Assembly: GCF_028368995.1 (NCBI RefSeq)
Contig: NZ_JAQNDL010000003.1
Span: forward strand, 1,440,001 to 1,504,000
DNA: 64,000 bases
Source: Nannocystis bainbridge
Lineage (GTDB): Bacteria > Myxococcota_A > Polyangia > Nannocystales > Nannocystaceae
Direction: 5' to 3'
Made by a program: the position numbers and the translations under genes. Positions 54,824 through 64,000 of the stretch are shown here, one piece after another. Under the pieces are notes generated by a model that saw only the letters and a program-made list of their open reading frames with translations, made no database searches and had not been told where the DNA came from. Every line of letters starts with the position of its first letter. The stretch's first letter is position 1.

Positions 54824-55432
54824 ACACTTCGTATAGCATGTCCAGCGCGAAAGTGAACCCCGGATCCGTCCACACCCCGGACCCCGGCGCCCGCTCCGCA
54901 GGCCCCCCGGACGGCCTCGCCGGGCCGAACGCCGACGGGTCTGCTCATGCAGCTCGGCCCAATCGCATCACCATCGATCGCTTGTCGCGCTCGGATGTCT
55001 GATCATTCAAGCACAGTCTTGGCATTCATCTCCTGCGAATCAATGCCCAGAGCTCCGGCGAACACGCCATGCTCGCATCATGCGAGCTGCCCGCCCCACA
55101 CAGCGACGAGGTCGCATCACCCCCGGCGAGGCACGCACGGCCGCCCCGCTCTCGGCGTCGCCTCGACATGGCGAGCGCCGATCGAGCGCCGATCGAGCGC
55201 CCCAAGCCCCCTGCAGAGATTCCCGCCCGCGCCCGACCTGCGTCCGCGCATCGGGCGCGCGCCCCGCTCTGCTCGCCCCAAACCCGCCTCCCGCCGCTTC
55301 TGCCGCGGGAAATAACCCACCTGCCTCGACACGTTGAAGCCTCTGCCGCCCCGCGCGCCTCCCGCCACAGCCGGGGCTTTTTGTGTCCTTTTACCGGCGA
55401 ACCAGTACACTCGCCGGCCAGCGTTTCCCCGC

Positions 55433-56836
55433 ATGTTCCGCAAGAGCGACACACACATCCACTTCGTCGGCATCGGCGGGATCGGGATGAGCGGGATCGC
55501 CGAGATCCTGCTGGACCTCGGTTACCGCGTCACCGGCACCGACCTGGCCGAGAGCGAGACCACGCGCAGGCTCAGCGAGCGCGGCGCCGTGGTCCACCGC
55601 GGGCACGACGAGGCCCACCTCGGGGACGCCGACGTCGTCGTCATCTCCTCCGCCGTGCGGGCCGACAACCCCGAGGTCGTCGCTGCGCGCGCGCGCAACA
55701 TCCCCGTCATCCCGCGGGCCGAGATGCTCGCCGAGCTCATGCGGCTCAAGCAGGGCGTCGTCATCGCCGGCTCGCACGGCAAGACCACCACCACCAGCCT
55801 CGTCGCCACCGCCCTTCACGCCGCCGGCCTCGACCCGACCGTCGTCATCGGCGGCAAGCTCAACGCGCTCGGCAGCAACGCCAAGAACGGGCGCGGCAAC
55901 CTGCTGGTCGCCGAGGCCGACGAGAGCGACGGCAGCTTCCTCATGCTCACGCCCACGGTCGCCGTCGTCACCAACATCGACGACGAGCACATGGACCACT
56001 ACGGCAGCATGACGCGGCTGCAGGACGCCTTCGTCGGGTTCGCCAACCGGGTCCCGTTCTACGGCCTGTGCGTCGTCTGCGTCGACGACCCCAACGCCGC
56101 CGCCATCCTGCCGCGCGTGCACAAGCGCTTCGTCACCTACGGCTTCTCGCAGGAGGCCGACTACCGCGCCGTCGACGTCGTGCACGACGGCCCCGTCACC
56201 CACTTCCGCGTCGTCGGTCAGGGCCGCGACCTCGGGCCGTTCACGCTGCACATGCCCGGCGTGCACAACGTCCTCAACGCGCTCGCCACCATCGCCGTGT
56301 GCGAGTTCCACGAGCTGCAGATGGCCGCCGTCGCCAACGCCCTGTCCGGCTTCGGCGGCGTCCAGCGCCGCTTCACCGTGCGCGGCACCGCCGGCGACGT
56401 CATGGTCGTCGACGACTACGGCCACCACCCGACCGAGGTCCGGGCCACCCTCGCCGGCGCGCGCACCAGCTACCCCGAGCGGCGGCTCGTCGCCGTGTTC
56501 CAGGCCCACCGCTACACCCGCGTGCGCGCCCACCTCGACGGCTTCGCCGCCAGCCTCGACGCCGCCGACCTCGTCGTGCTCACCGACATCTACCCCGCCG
56601 GCGAATCACCCCTGCCCGGCGCCACCGTCGAGGCGCTCGAGGCTGCCATGCTCGCCCGCCGGCCCGACCGCCCGGTCGTCATCCACAAGCCGGTCGCCGG
56701 CCTCTCCGAGTACCTGGCCCGAGAGTCATGTCCCGGAGACCTCATCATCACCCTCGGCGCCGGCAGCGTCACCCACGTCAGCCGCGAGCTGGCCGCGCAC
56801 CTGGACGGCCTGCGCGAGCCCGCCGCCCGCGCGTGA
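55433..56836 (+). CDS. murC: UDP-N-acetylmuramate--L-alanine ligase
   Basis: HFVGIGGIGMSG; GSHGKTTT; EADESD; DDYGHHPTE; ITLGAG. Confidence 0.97.
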   Translation: MFRKSDTHIHFVGIGGIGMSGIAEILLDLGYRVTGTDLAESETTRRLSERGAVVHRGHDEAHLGDADVVVISSAVRADNPEVVAARARNIPVIPRAEMLAELMRLKQGVVIAGSHGKTTTTSLVATALHAAGLDPTVVIGGKLNALGSNAKNGRGNLLVAEADESDGSFLMLTPTVAVVTNIDDEHMDHYGSMTRLQDAFVGFANRVPFYGLCVVCVDDPNAAAILPRVHKRFVTYGFSQEADYRAVDVVHDGPVTHFRVVGQGRDLGPFTLHMPGVHNVLNALATIAVCEFHELQMAAVANALSGFGGVQRRFTVRGTAGDVMVVDDYGHHPTEVRATLAGARTSYPERRLVAVFQAHRYTRVRAHLDGFAASLDAADLVVLTDIYPAGESPLPGATVEALEAAMLARRPDRPVVIHKPVAGLSEYLARESCPGDLIITLGAGSVTHVSRELAAHLDGLREPAARA

Positions 56837-56841
56837 CCGCC

Positions 56842-57801
56842 ATGACCGACTCCCGCGGGCAGCGGCTCCTCGCCGAGCTCGGTGACCTCGACCTCCCGCC
56901 CGGCGCGCTCGAGCTGCGGCCCGATGAGTCGATGGCCCGGCACACCACCCTGCGGCTCGGCGGCCCGGCGGACCTGTGGGCCAGGCCGGCCGACGCCCGC
57001 GCCCTGCAGATGCTCCTGACCGCCTGCCACGCGCGGGCGATCGGCGTCAGCTTCGTCGGCGGCGGCTCCAACCTGCTCGTGCGCGACGCCGGCATCCGCG
57101 GCGTCGTCGTCAACCTCGCACGCATGAACCGGGTCGAGCGGCCCGACCCCGCCGACCCCGCGCGCGTCGAGGTCGAGGCCGGCGCCACCACCGGTCGCCT
57201 GCTGCAGCACGTCACCACCTGGGAGCTCGGCGGCCTCGAGTTCCTCGGCGGCGTCCCGGGCAGCGTCGGCGGCGGCCTCGTCATGAACGCCGGCACCTAC
57301 CTCGGCGAGTTCACCAGGGTCGTCGTGCGCGTGCACAGCCTCCACCGCGACGGCCGCGCGCGCACCCGCGAGCACGCCGAGTGCGGCTTTCGCTACCGCG
57401 GCAGCGACCTCCCGCCCGACGAGCTCGTCGTCGGCGCCGAGCTGCGCTGCTGGCCGCGCCCGCGCCCCGAGATCGAGGCCGACGTCGCCGGCCTGCGCGA
57501 GCGCCGGCGCCAGCGCGAGCCGACCGGCGTCGCCAACAACGGCAGCACCTTCAAGAACCCGCCCGGCGAGTTCGCCGGCCGCCTCATCGAGTCGGTCGGC
57601 CTCAAGGGCACCCGCGTCGGCGCCGCGATCGTCAGCCCCGTGCACGCCAACTGGCTGGTCGTCGAGCGCCCCGGCCCCGGCGTGCCCGAAGCGCGCGCCG
57701 CCGACCTCCTCGCCCTCATCGACCTCGTGCGCGAGCGCGTGCGCGAAGCGACCGGCGTCGCCCTCGAGCTCGAGGTCAAGATCGCCGGCGAGGCGGTATA
57801 A
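56842..57801 (+). CDS. murB: UDP-N-acetylenolpyruvoylglucosamine reductase
   Basis: HTTLRLGGPA; GGGSNLL; PGSVGG; MNAG; GSTFKNP; HAN; LELEV. Confidence 0.95.
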   Translation: MTDSRGQRLLAELGDLDLPPGALELRPDESMARHTTLRLGGPADLWARPADARALQMLLTACHARAIGVSFVGGGSNLLVRDAGIRGVVVNLARMNRVERPDPADPARVEVEAGATTGRLLQHVTTWELGGLEFLGGVPGSVGGGLVMNAGTYLGEFTRVVVRVHSLHRDGRARTREHAECGFRYRGSDLPPDELVVGAELRCWPRPRPEIEADVAGLRERRRQREPTGVANNGSTFKNPPGEFAGRLIESVGLKGTRVGAAIVSPVHANWLVVERPGPGVPEARAADLLALIDLVRERVREATGVALELEVKIAGEAV

Positions 57802-57809
57802 CTCCGGCC

Positions 57810-58067
57810 ATGAGTCACCACCCGACCAACTTCCAGGGCTCCGTCGTCGACGCCATCCGCGAGGCCATCCTCGCCAAGATGCCCGCAGACGACGTCCAGG
57901 TCTCGGGCGGCGGCGGCCACTACGCCATCGTCGTCGTCTCCTCCGAGTTCGCCGGCAAGACCATGGTCGCCCAGCAGCGCCTCGTCTACGGCGCCATCGC
58001 CCACCTCATGGCCGGCGACATGGCCCCGGTCCACGCCGTCGACAGCCTGCGCACCATCGTCCCCTGA
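57810..58067 (+). CDS. BolA family protein
   Basis: GGGHYAIVVVSSEFAGK..VAQQRLVY; VHA. Confidence 0.88.
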   Translation: MSHHPTNFQGSVVDAIREAILAKMPADDVQVSGGGGHYAIVVVSSEFAGKTMVAQQRLVYGAIAHLMAGDMAPVHAVDSLRTIVP

Positions 58068-58178
58068 GCGCCGCACCGCGACCTGTCCTCAAGGACAGGC
58101 CGCCTCGAAGCGCGAGCGCGCCAGGCCGCACCGCCCGGCTCTACCACGCGACGATGGGCGCGACGGAGCCCTGCGCGC

Positions 58179-58715
58179 TCAACCGAGCCGCGCGAGCAGG
58201 CCGTCATACACGTCCGTGAGCGCCAGGCGGCACGGCGGCGCCGCCAGCTCGACCACCGCCTCGGCCCCGGCCTCGCGCCGGTAGTGCCAGCCGTGCGCCG
58301 CGCGGACGAAGACCTCGACCGACAGCGCCTCCTGGCTCACCAGCAAGTACGCCTGCAGGCTGCTCAGCTGCTGATACAGCGCCCATTTGCGCCCCCGATC
58401 GAAGCTCTCGGTCGACGGCGAGAGCACCTCGACGATCAGCGCCGGCCGCTCGACCAGGCTCCGCTCGAGCTGCTCCGGATCGCAGCTGACCACCACGTCG
58501 GGATAGACCACATCTGCGCCCACGCGCACCTTCATGCCCTCGTGGAACGTGAAACAACCGCGCGGCCGCAGCTGCTCGCGCAGCGTCGCGGCGAGGTTGA
58601 CGCCGATGTGCGCGTGGAACGTCGAGCCACCCGCCATCGCGAACACCTCGCCGTCGACGAGCTCGTATCGCGGCTCCTGCTCCTGCTCCCACACCAGGAA
58701 CGCCTCGAGGCTCAT
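58179..58715 (-). CDS. Uma2 family endonuclease
   Basis: RYELVDGEVFAMAG; YPDVVV; VEVLSPST..DRG.K. Confidence 0.9.
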   Translation of the reverse strand: MSLEAFLVWEQEQEPRYELVDGEVFAMAGGSTFHAHIGVNLAATLREQLRPRGCFTFHEGMKVRVGADVVYPDVVVSCDPEQLERSLVERPALIVEVLSPSTESFDRGRKWALYQQLSSLQAYLLVSQEALSVEVFVRAAHGWHYRREAGAEAVVELAAPPCRLALTDVYDGLLARLG

Positions 58716-58978
58716 GCGTACCTGGGGGACCGCGGACACGCCTCCAAGTCTATCAAGCCCGGCGCATGACGGCCAGCTCGCCTCCCCGCCACGCCGGGCG
58801 CCGGCCTCGCGTCTCGTCGCGGCGGCCCCAGGAGTGACGCCCGCGAGGCCCGCGGACGCGAGCGACAGCGCAGCCGCGCCGGCTCGTCGCATTGACAGCC
58901 CCGCGCCTCGGCCCAGCCTTCGCGGGTGGGCCTCTTCGTCCACACATCAGCCCGGCGTTCGCCGCCAGGAGACCGATC

Positions 58979-59518
58979 ATGAGCACCCTCAAGCCTTCGC
59001 TCGGCCTGCGCGATCACCTGCGCGGCGAGCTCTCGCGGGCGATTCACCTCGTCGAATTCGGCGACTTCGAGTGCCCCTTCTGCGGCCAGGCCCAGATCGT
59101 CGTCCACGCCCTCGTACGGGCGCTCGGCGATCAGCTCTGCTTCGGCTTCCGCAACTTCCCGCTCGAGGCCGCCCACCCGCACGCCCGGCTCTCCGCCGAG
59201 GCTGCCGAGGCCGCCGGCGCCCAGGGCAAGTACTGGCAGATGCACGACCTCCTGTTCGAGAACCAGCACGCCCTCACCGTCCCGCACCTCGGGCATTACG
59301 GCGAGCAGCTCGGCCTCGACATGCACCGCTTCGTCGCCGACCTGCAGGCCCACCGTCACCTCGAGAAGGTCCGCGGCGACCGCCACAGCGGGGCCATCAG
59401 CGGCGTCACCGGCACCCCGACCTTCTTCGTCAACGGCATCCGCCACGAGGGCCCGTTCGACTTCGACTCCCTGCTCGCCGCCATGACCCTCGCCGCTCGC
59501 TTCCCCCGCGCCGGCTGA
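58979..59518 (+). CDS. DsbA-family thioredoxin-fold protein
   Basis: EFGDFECPFC; FRNFPL; GTPTFFVNG. Confidence 0.9.
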   Translation: MSTLKPSLGLRDHLRGELSRAIHLVEFGDFECPFCGQAQIVVHALVRALGDQLCFGFRNFPLEAAHPHARLSAEAAEAAGAQGKYWQMHDLLFENQHALTVPHLGHYGEQLGLDMHRFVADLQAHRHLEKVRGDRHSGAISGVTGTPTFFVNGIRHEGPFDFDSLLAAMTLAARFPRAG

Positions 59519-59534
59519 CGCGCGCCGCTCTGCA

Positions 59535-59618
59535 TGCCCCGCAGGACATGCCCCCTGGGACATGCCCTATCCGACCTATCCCATCGGACATGCCCCCGAG
59601 GCCATGTCCACGGCGCAC
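59535..59618. repeat. 14-bp-phased array (6 units)
   Basis: tgccccgcaggaca|tgccccctgggaca|tgccctatccgacc|tatcccatcggaca|tgcccccgaggcca|tgtccacggcgcac. Confidence 0.85.
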
Positions 59619-59623
59619 CGAAT

Positions 59624-60445
59624 CTAGCGCGTCTGCGTGAGCTCGACGCCGAGCCCGCGCAGCGCGTAGCGCAGCCCGCTCGCCAGGTCGGCCAGCGTCG
59701 GCGCCCGGAACGACACCCCGCGGGCGCTCATCGACTGTGCCACTGCCGGCTGGATCCCGACCAGCACCGGCGTCGCCCCGAGCAGCTCGATCGCCTGCGC
59801 CGCGCGGGCCAGCAGCTGCACGGCCTCGTCGGTGTCGAGGCTCGGCACGCCCGACAGATCGATCAACGCATAGGCCGCCGAATGCCTGGCCACCGCCGCC
59901 AGCAGCGCCTCGGTGATCTGCTGCGCGCGCTCGGCCCCCAGCTCGCCCAGCAGCGGCAGCACCACCACCCCGGGGTACAGCGGCAGCACCCGCAGCGACA
60001 GCCGCACCAGCGCCTCCGATTGGGCTCGCACCACCGCCTCGCGCGCCTGCAGGTACGTATCGGCCAGCACCGCCGCCCCGGCGTAGGCGAGCTTCGCCCG
60101 CGCGCGCTCCCAGCCGAGGCGGAGCTCGGGCTCGTCGGGGTGATGCGCCGCGAAATCGTCGGACACCGCCTGGAACCCGAGGTTGAGGCCCGTGACGACA
60201 TCCATCACCGCCACCCCGAGCTGCGAGCGGACCACCGCGATCTCGCGCATGCGCTGCAGCAGCGCCTGCGGCTCTCCGTGGGCCAGGTCGAGGGCCACCG
60301 CCTCGAACGCGCGGGCCAGCGTGGCCGACAGCTGCGGATCGGTGAGGCCCTCGTAGAACGGCAACTTCGCGGCCCGGATCCTGGCCGCGGACGCTGCCAC
60401 GTTGTCGTTCAACCGGCCTCGAAACGCGTCCACCAGCCGCTGCAT
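59624..60445 (-). CDS. RsbR-like STAS domain protein
   Basis: VLPLLGEL..ERA; IDLSGV..LDT; LLGATPVLVGIQP. Confidence 0.85.
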   Translation of the reverse strand: MQRLVDAFRGRLNDNVAASAARIRAAKLPFYEGLTDPQLSATLARAFEAVALDLAHGEPQALLQRMREIAVVRSQLGVAVMDVVTGLNLGFQAVSDDFAAHHPDEPELRLGWERARAKLAYAGAAVLADTYLQAREAVVRAQSEALVRLSLRVLPLYPGVVVLPLLGELGAERAQQITEALLAAVARHSAAYALIDLSGVPSLDTDEAVQLLARAAQAIELLGATPVLVGIQPAVAQSMSARGVSFRAPTLADLASGLRYALRGLGVELTQTR

Positions 60446-60676
60446 CTCCGGTCAAGATGCATCAACCGTCCACGCAAGTAAACGCGTGGGCCCGGGCCCA
60501 CGCATCACGCGAGCGCCGACCTCCGCCAGCGCACGCCCCGCACGCGCAGACGCGGCTGTGCGCCCCCGACCGCGTGTCGTCTCCGGCTCCAGGACGCGGC
60601 CTCATGACCCTGTCCCAAGGGACATGCACCAGGCGGACGATCGCGTCCACTTGTCCGCGGCGCCCGCCGCGGCCGA

Positions 60677-61981
60677 GTGCTACCCTCGCGCGCGATGCCT
60701 GCACGCGGCCGATCGCAGCGCCTCGCCGCCGACGACCCCGTCACGCCGGTGTTACGCGAAGACCTCGCGCTCGGCCACCGCGCCGCCCGGCCCGGCGAAG
60801 GCGACCTTTTCGACAATCGCCTGATCCACGGCGACAACCTCGCCGTCCTGCGCGCGCTCGAGCCCGAGTTCGCCGGCCGGGTGCAGTGCGTGTACATCGA
60901 CCCGCCCTACAACACCGGCCAGGTGTTCGCGCACTACGACGACGGCGTCGACCACGAGCGCTGGTCGGCGCAGATCCGTCAGCGCCTCGAGGTGCTGCAG
61001 CGGCTGCTCGCCGCCTCGGGCACGCTGTTCGTGCACATCGACGACAACGAGCTGGCCTATCTGATCACCGCCGCCGACGAGGTGTTCGGGCGGGCCAACC
61101 GGATCGCCGTGATCACCTTCAAGCAGAGCTCCGTCTCGGGGCCCAAGGCCGTCAACGCCGGCTTCGTCAGCACCGCCAGCTTCATCGTCGTCTACGCCCG
61201 CCAGCGCAGCGCCTGGCGCCCCGAGCGGGTCCACGCCGCGACCGCGCGCGACGCCCGTTACAGCCGGTGGATCGACAACATCGACGACCCGCCGGAGCGC
61301 TGGCGCTTGGTCCCGCTGCGCCAGGCGTTCGCGCGGGCCCGCGGCCTCGCCCCCGGCGGCCTGCGGGGCGGCGCCCACGAGGCCGAGCTCGAGGCGTTCG
61401 TGCTCGCATCCCCCCACCGGGTCGTCCGCACCGCCCGCATCGCCGCCCGCGACGTCGGCGAGCCCGCGCGGCAGATCCTGGCCCGCTCGGCCGCCGAGCC
61501 CGGCGTGGTCCTGCGCGCCGAGCGACCTGGCCGCGAGGACATGTACTTCCTCGGCGGCGAGCAGCTGATCTTCTATGCGGCCAAGGTCCGCGAGGTCGAC
61601 GGCCGCCGCGTCACCGCCCAGCCGCTGTCGACGATCTGGGACGACCTCCTGCCCAACAACCTCCACAACGAGGGCGGCGTCGCCTTCTCGCACGGCAAGA
61701 AGCCCGAGCTGCTGCTCAAGCGCTGCCTCGACGTCGCCACCGCCCCCGGCGACCTCGTGCTCGACTGCTTCGCCGGCTCCGGCACCACCGCCGCCGTCGC
61801 CCACAAGATGCGGCGCCGCTGGCTGGCCGTCGAGCTCGGCCCGCACGCCGAGACCCACTGCCTGCCGCGCCTGCGCGCCGTGGTCGACGGCGAGGACCCG
61901 AGCGGCGCGACCGCGGCGACCGGCTGGCGCGGCGGCGGCGGCTTCCGCTTCTTCCGCCTCGAAGACCCGCCCGCGCGCTGA
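60677..61981 (+). CDS. Site-specific adenine DNA methyltransferase, type III Mod-like (orphan)
   Basis: LIHGDNL; IDPPYNTG; KKPELL; LDCFAGSGTT; GGGFRFF; start uncertain. Confidence 0.88.
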   Translation: MLPSRAMPARGRSQRLAADDPVTPVLREDLALGHRAARPGEGDLFDNRLIHGDNLAVLRALEPEFAGRVQCVYIDPPYNTGQVFAHYDDGVDHERWSAQIRQRLEVLQRLLAASGTLFVHIDDNELAYLITAADEVFGRANRIAVITFKQSSVSGPKAVNAGFVSTASFIVVYARQRSAWRPERVHAATARDARYSRWIDNIDDPPERWRLVPLRQAFARARGLAPGGLRGGAHEAELEAFVLASPHRVVRTARIAARDVGEPARQILARSAAEPGVVLRAERPGREDMYFLGGEQLIFYAAKVREVDGRRVTAQPLSTIWDDLLPNNLHNEGGVAFSHGKKPELLLKRCLDVATAPGDLVLDCFAGSGTTAAVAHKMRRRWLAVELGPHAETHCLPRLRAVVDGEDPSGATAATGWRGGGGFRFFRLEDPPAR

Positions 61982-62000
61982 CGCGCCCGCCAAGCACACA

Positions 62001-62084
62001 TGCCCGTTCAGACATGCCCTTTCGAGCATGCTCCATCAGGCATGTCCCAAAGCACATGCCCCTTCGAGCATGCCCTCCGGGCCA
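62001..62084. repeat. 14-bp-phased array (6 units)
   Basis: tgcccgttcagaca|tgccctttcgagca|tgctccatcaggca|tgtcccaaagcaca|tgccccttcgagca|tgccctccgggcca. Confidence 0.85.
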
Positions 62085-62100
62085 TCCTCTACCTATCCGC

Positions 62101-64000
62101 TCACACGATCCACATCGCTTCGACGCGCTGGGCGACCGTGCGACGGACCTTGAGGAAGCGGGGGTCGGCGCGGACCGCCGCCAGCGCCGGGCACAGGTCG
62201 AGCCACTCGAGGTCGATCAGGCGGGACTCGCAGGCGCGCTCGATCAGCGCCAGGCAGTCGTCCTGGAACCCGCGCAGGCCCATGATCTCGGCGGTCACCT
62301 GGCACGTCGAGGTCAGCATGCGCGGGCTCGGACCGTTCTTGATCACGTCCTCGAGACCGACCCACAGCCGCTCGCGGTCGTAGTCGCCGAGCAGCCCGTG
62401 GGCCGAGAAGCTGACCGCGTTCTCGCGCTCGCCCTGGGCCATCGACCGCGAGCGCTCGAGGCACGCGCGCACCGTGTCCAGATCGCCGAACCACCCGGCC
62501 ACGCGCACGCGGGTGATGAGCGCCTGGAACTGGAAGTGCGGCTGGTGCTCGAGCTTGTCGAGGAACTCGTGCAGCGCCCCGAGGTCGCGGCGGAGCGCGT
62601 GCACCCGGGCCACGTGGGCGTACGCCTGCAGCAGGCTCGGCTCGAGCGCCGCCGCCAGGCGGGCGCGGGTCACCCCGTCCTCGATGTTGCCCGCCTCGCA
62701 CTGCAGCTGCGACAGGTACTCGTGGGCGTGGGCGTAGGTCGGCGCCAGATCGAGCGCCCGGACGAACGCCTTGACCGCGTCGCGCCACTCGCCGACCTGC
62801 ACCTCGTACATCCCGCGGGCGAACTGCGACTCGGCCAGGTCCGGCGCCAGCTCGAGCGTGCGCTCGACCGCCGCGCGCGACAGCGCCGCGAAGTCGCGCG
62901 GCGAGCCCACGCGGGTCGCGAAGAACCACGCGCGCGTGCACGCCACCGCGTAGCTGGCGAGCGCCGGGCGGAACATCGGCGCCGCCTGCAGCGCCTCCTC
63001 GAGCAGCTCGATCGCCCCGTCGGGCCCGACCACGTGCCCGCCGATGATCTTGCGGCGGGCCCGGCGGTACAGCGCGATCGCCTCGGGCGTGCCGGTGCGG
63101 CGGTGCGCGTACGTCGTCAGCTCGACGCGCAGGCCCTCGGCGATCTTCTTGCCGACGATCTCCTGCGCGTCGAGCAAGTCCTCGGCGCGGGCCTCGAACC
63201 GCTCGTTGTAGACCTGCAGCCCGGTCTGGACCTCGACCAGCCGGGCCTGCACGCGCAGCAGCGTCGGCGTCACCTGCAGCGTCGCGTCGACCACCATCGC
63301 CGCGCCCAGCTCCGTGCCGACCGCCCGCGGGTCGCGAGCGTCGCGGTAGCGGGCCGTCGCCCCGCTGCCGAGCACCCGCATCCCGCCGGTCTGCTGCAGC
63401 ACGTCGATCGCCGCGTCAGTCAGCGCCTCGCCCAGGTACGCCGTCGCCGGCGGCCCCTGGTAGCGCAACGGCAGCACCGCCACCATCGGCGCCTGCAGCG
63501 TCGCGGTCGGCGTCGTCGCCCCGGCCGGGTGACGCGTCGAGGCCAGCGTCGAAAGCGGCCCCGCCCCGCTCGAGATCGTCTCGCCGCTGCCGACCAGCCA
63601 CCCGCGCAGCCGCTCGGCGATCGCCGCCGCGCTGGCCGGCCGATGACCTGACTCTTGGGACAGGCACTGCCGCACCAGCTCCGCCAGCGCCTCGGGCGCG
63701 TCGGGCCGCACGGACAGCAGCTCGAGCGGCCGCTCCGTCAGGCGGGCCAGCGCCGCCGCGAACGCCGTGTCGCCGGCGAACGGCAGCCGCCCCGTCAGCA
63801 TCTCGAACAGCACCAGCCCGACCGCGTAGAGGTCGGTGCGCGCGTCGACCGGCGCCCCCGCCACCTGCTCCGGCGCCATGTACACCGGCGTCCCGAGCAG
63901 CCCCTGCGTGTGCTGGCCGTCGTCGAGCGGCCGCGCGATGCCGAAGTCGGTGAGCACCACCCGGCCCTCGACCTCGAGCAGCACGTTGGCCGGCTTGAGG
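62101..64000 (-). CDS. Ser/Thr protein kinase with TolB_N-like and TPR domains (5' end outside window)
   Basis: LKPANV; TDFGIAR; GTPVYMAPEQ; DLYAVG; TPR C-terminus. Confidence 0.92.
   Translation of the reverse strand, partial: LKPANVLLEVEGRVVLTDFGIARPLDDGQHTQGLLGTPVYMAPEQVAGAPVDARTDLYAVGLVLFEMLTGRLPFAGDTAFAAALARLTERPLELLSVRPDAPEALAELVRQCLSQESGHRPASAAAIAERLRGWLVGSGETISSGAGPLSTLASTRHPAGATTPTATLQAPMVAVLPLRYQGPPATAYLGEALTDAAIDVLQQTGGMRVLGSGATARYRDARDPRAVGTELGAAMVVDATLQVTPTLLRVQARLVEVQTGLQVYNERFEARAEDLLDAQEIVGKKIAEGLRVELTTYAHRRTGTPEAIALYRRARRKIIGGHVVGPDGAIELLEEALQAAPMFRPALASYAVACTRAWFFATRVGSPRDFAALSRAAVERTLELAPDLAESQFARGMYEVQVGEWRDAVKAFVRALDLAPTYAHAHEYLSQLQCEAGNIEDGVTRARLAAALEPSLLQAYAHVARVHALRRDLGALHEFLDKLEHQPHFQFQALITRVRVAGWFGDLDTVRACLERSRSMAQGERENAVSFSAHGLLGDYDRERLWVGLEDVIKNGPSPRMLTSTCQVTAEIMGLRGFQDDCLALIERACESRLIDLEWLDLCPALAAVRADPRFLKVRRTVAQRVEAMWIV

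Overview
Very GC-rich chromosomal window with myxobacterial hallmarks (Agl-Glt motor cluster, Ser/Thr kinase, Thr/Cys-rich lipoproteins); a Nannocystis-like host is my inference. It contains a contiguous gltCDEF-aglRQS-gltG-like cluster that runs into a beta-barrel plus short OPX polysaccharide exporter. Housekeeping and repair genes include hisB, acyl-CoA carboxylase beta, xth, mutY, murC-murB, an ATP-dependent ligase with its exonuclease, and tRNA-Arg(CCG). There are also signalling genes, a sigma54 activator/P450 pair and two orphan DNA methyltransferases. Two signals are missing from the ORF track. (1) A 24-aa peptide gene (MQKKKGVKGGVKVKTNVRAGSCKG, 20325-20399, minus strand, GGAGG RBS) lies directly upstream of a DUF692 (MNIO) + DUF2063 pair, a candidate minimal RiPP system. 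(2) A 14-bp palindrome TGTCY-N4-RGACA occurs at least 30 times by manual count, singly inside genes and as head-to-tail 14-bp-phased degenerate arrays, mostly just downstream of genes. All family calls come from motif recognition by eye, not database searches.
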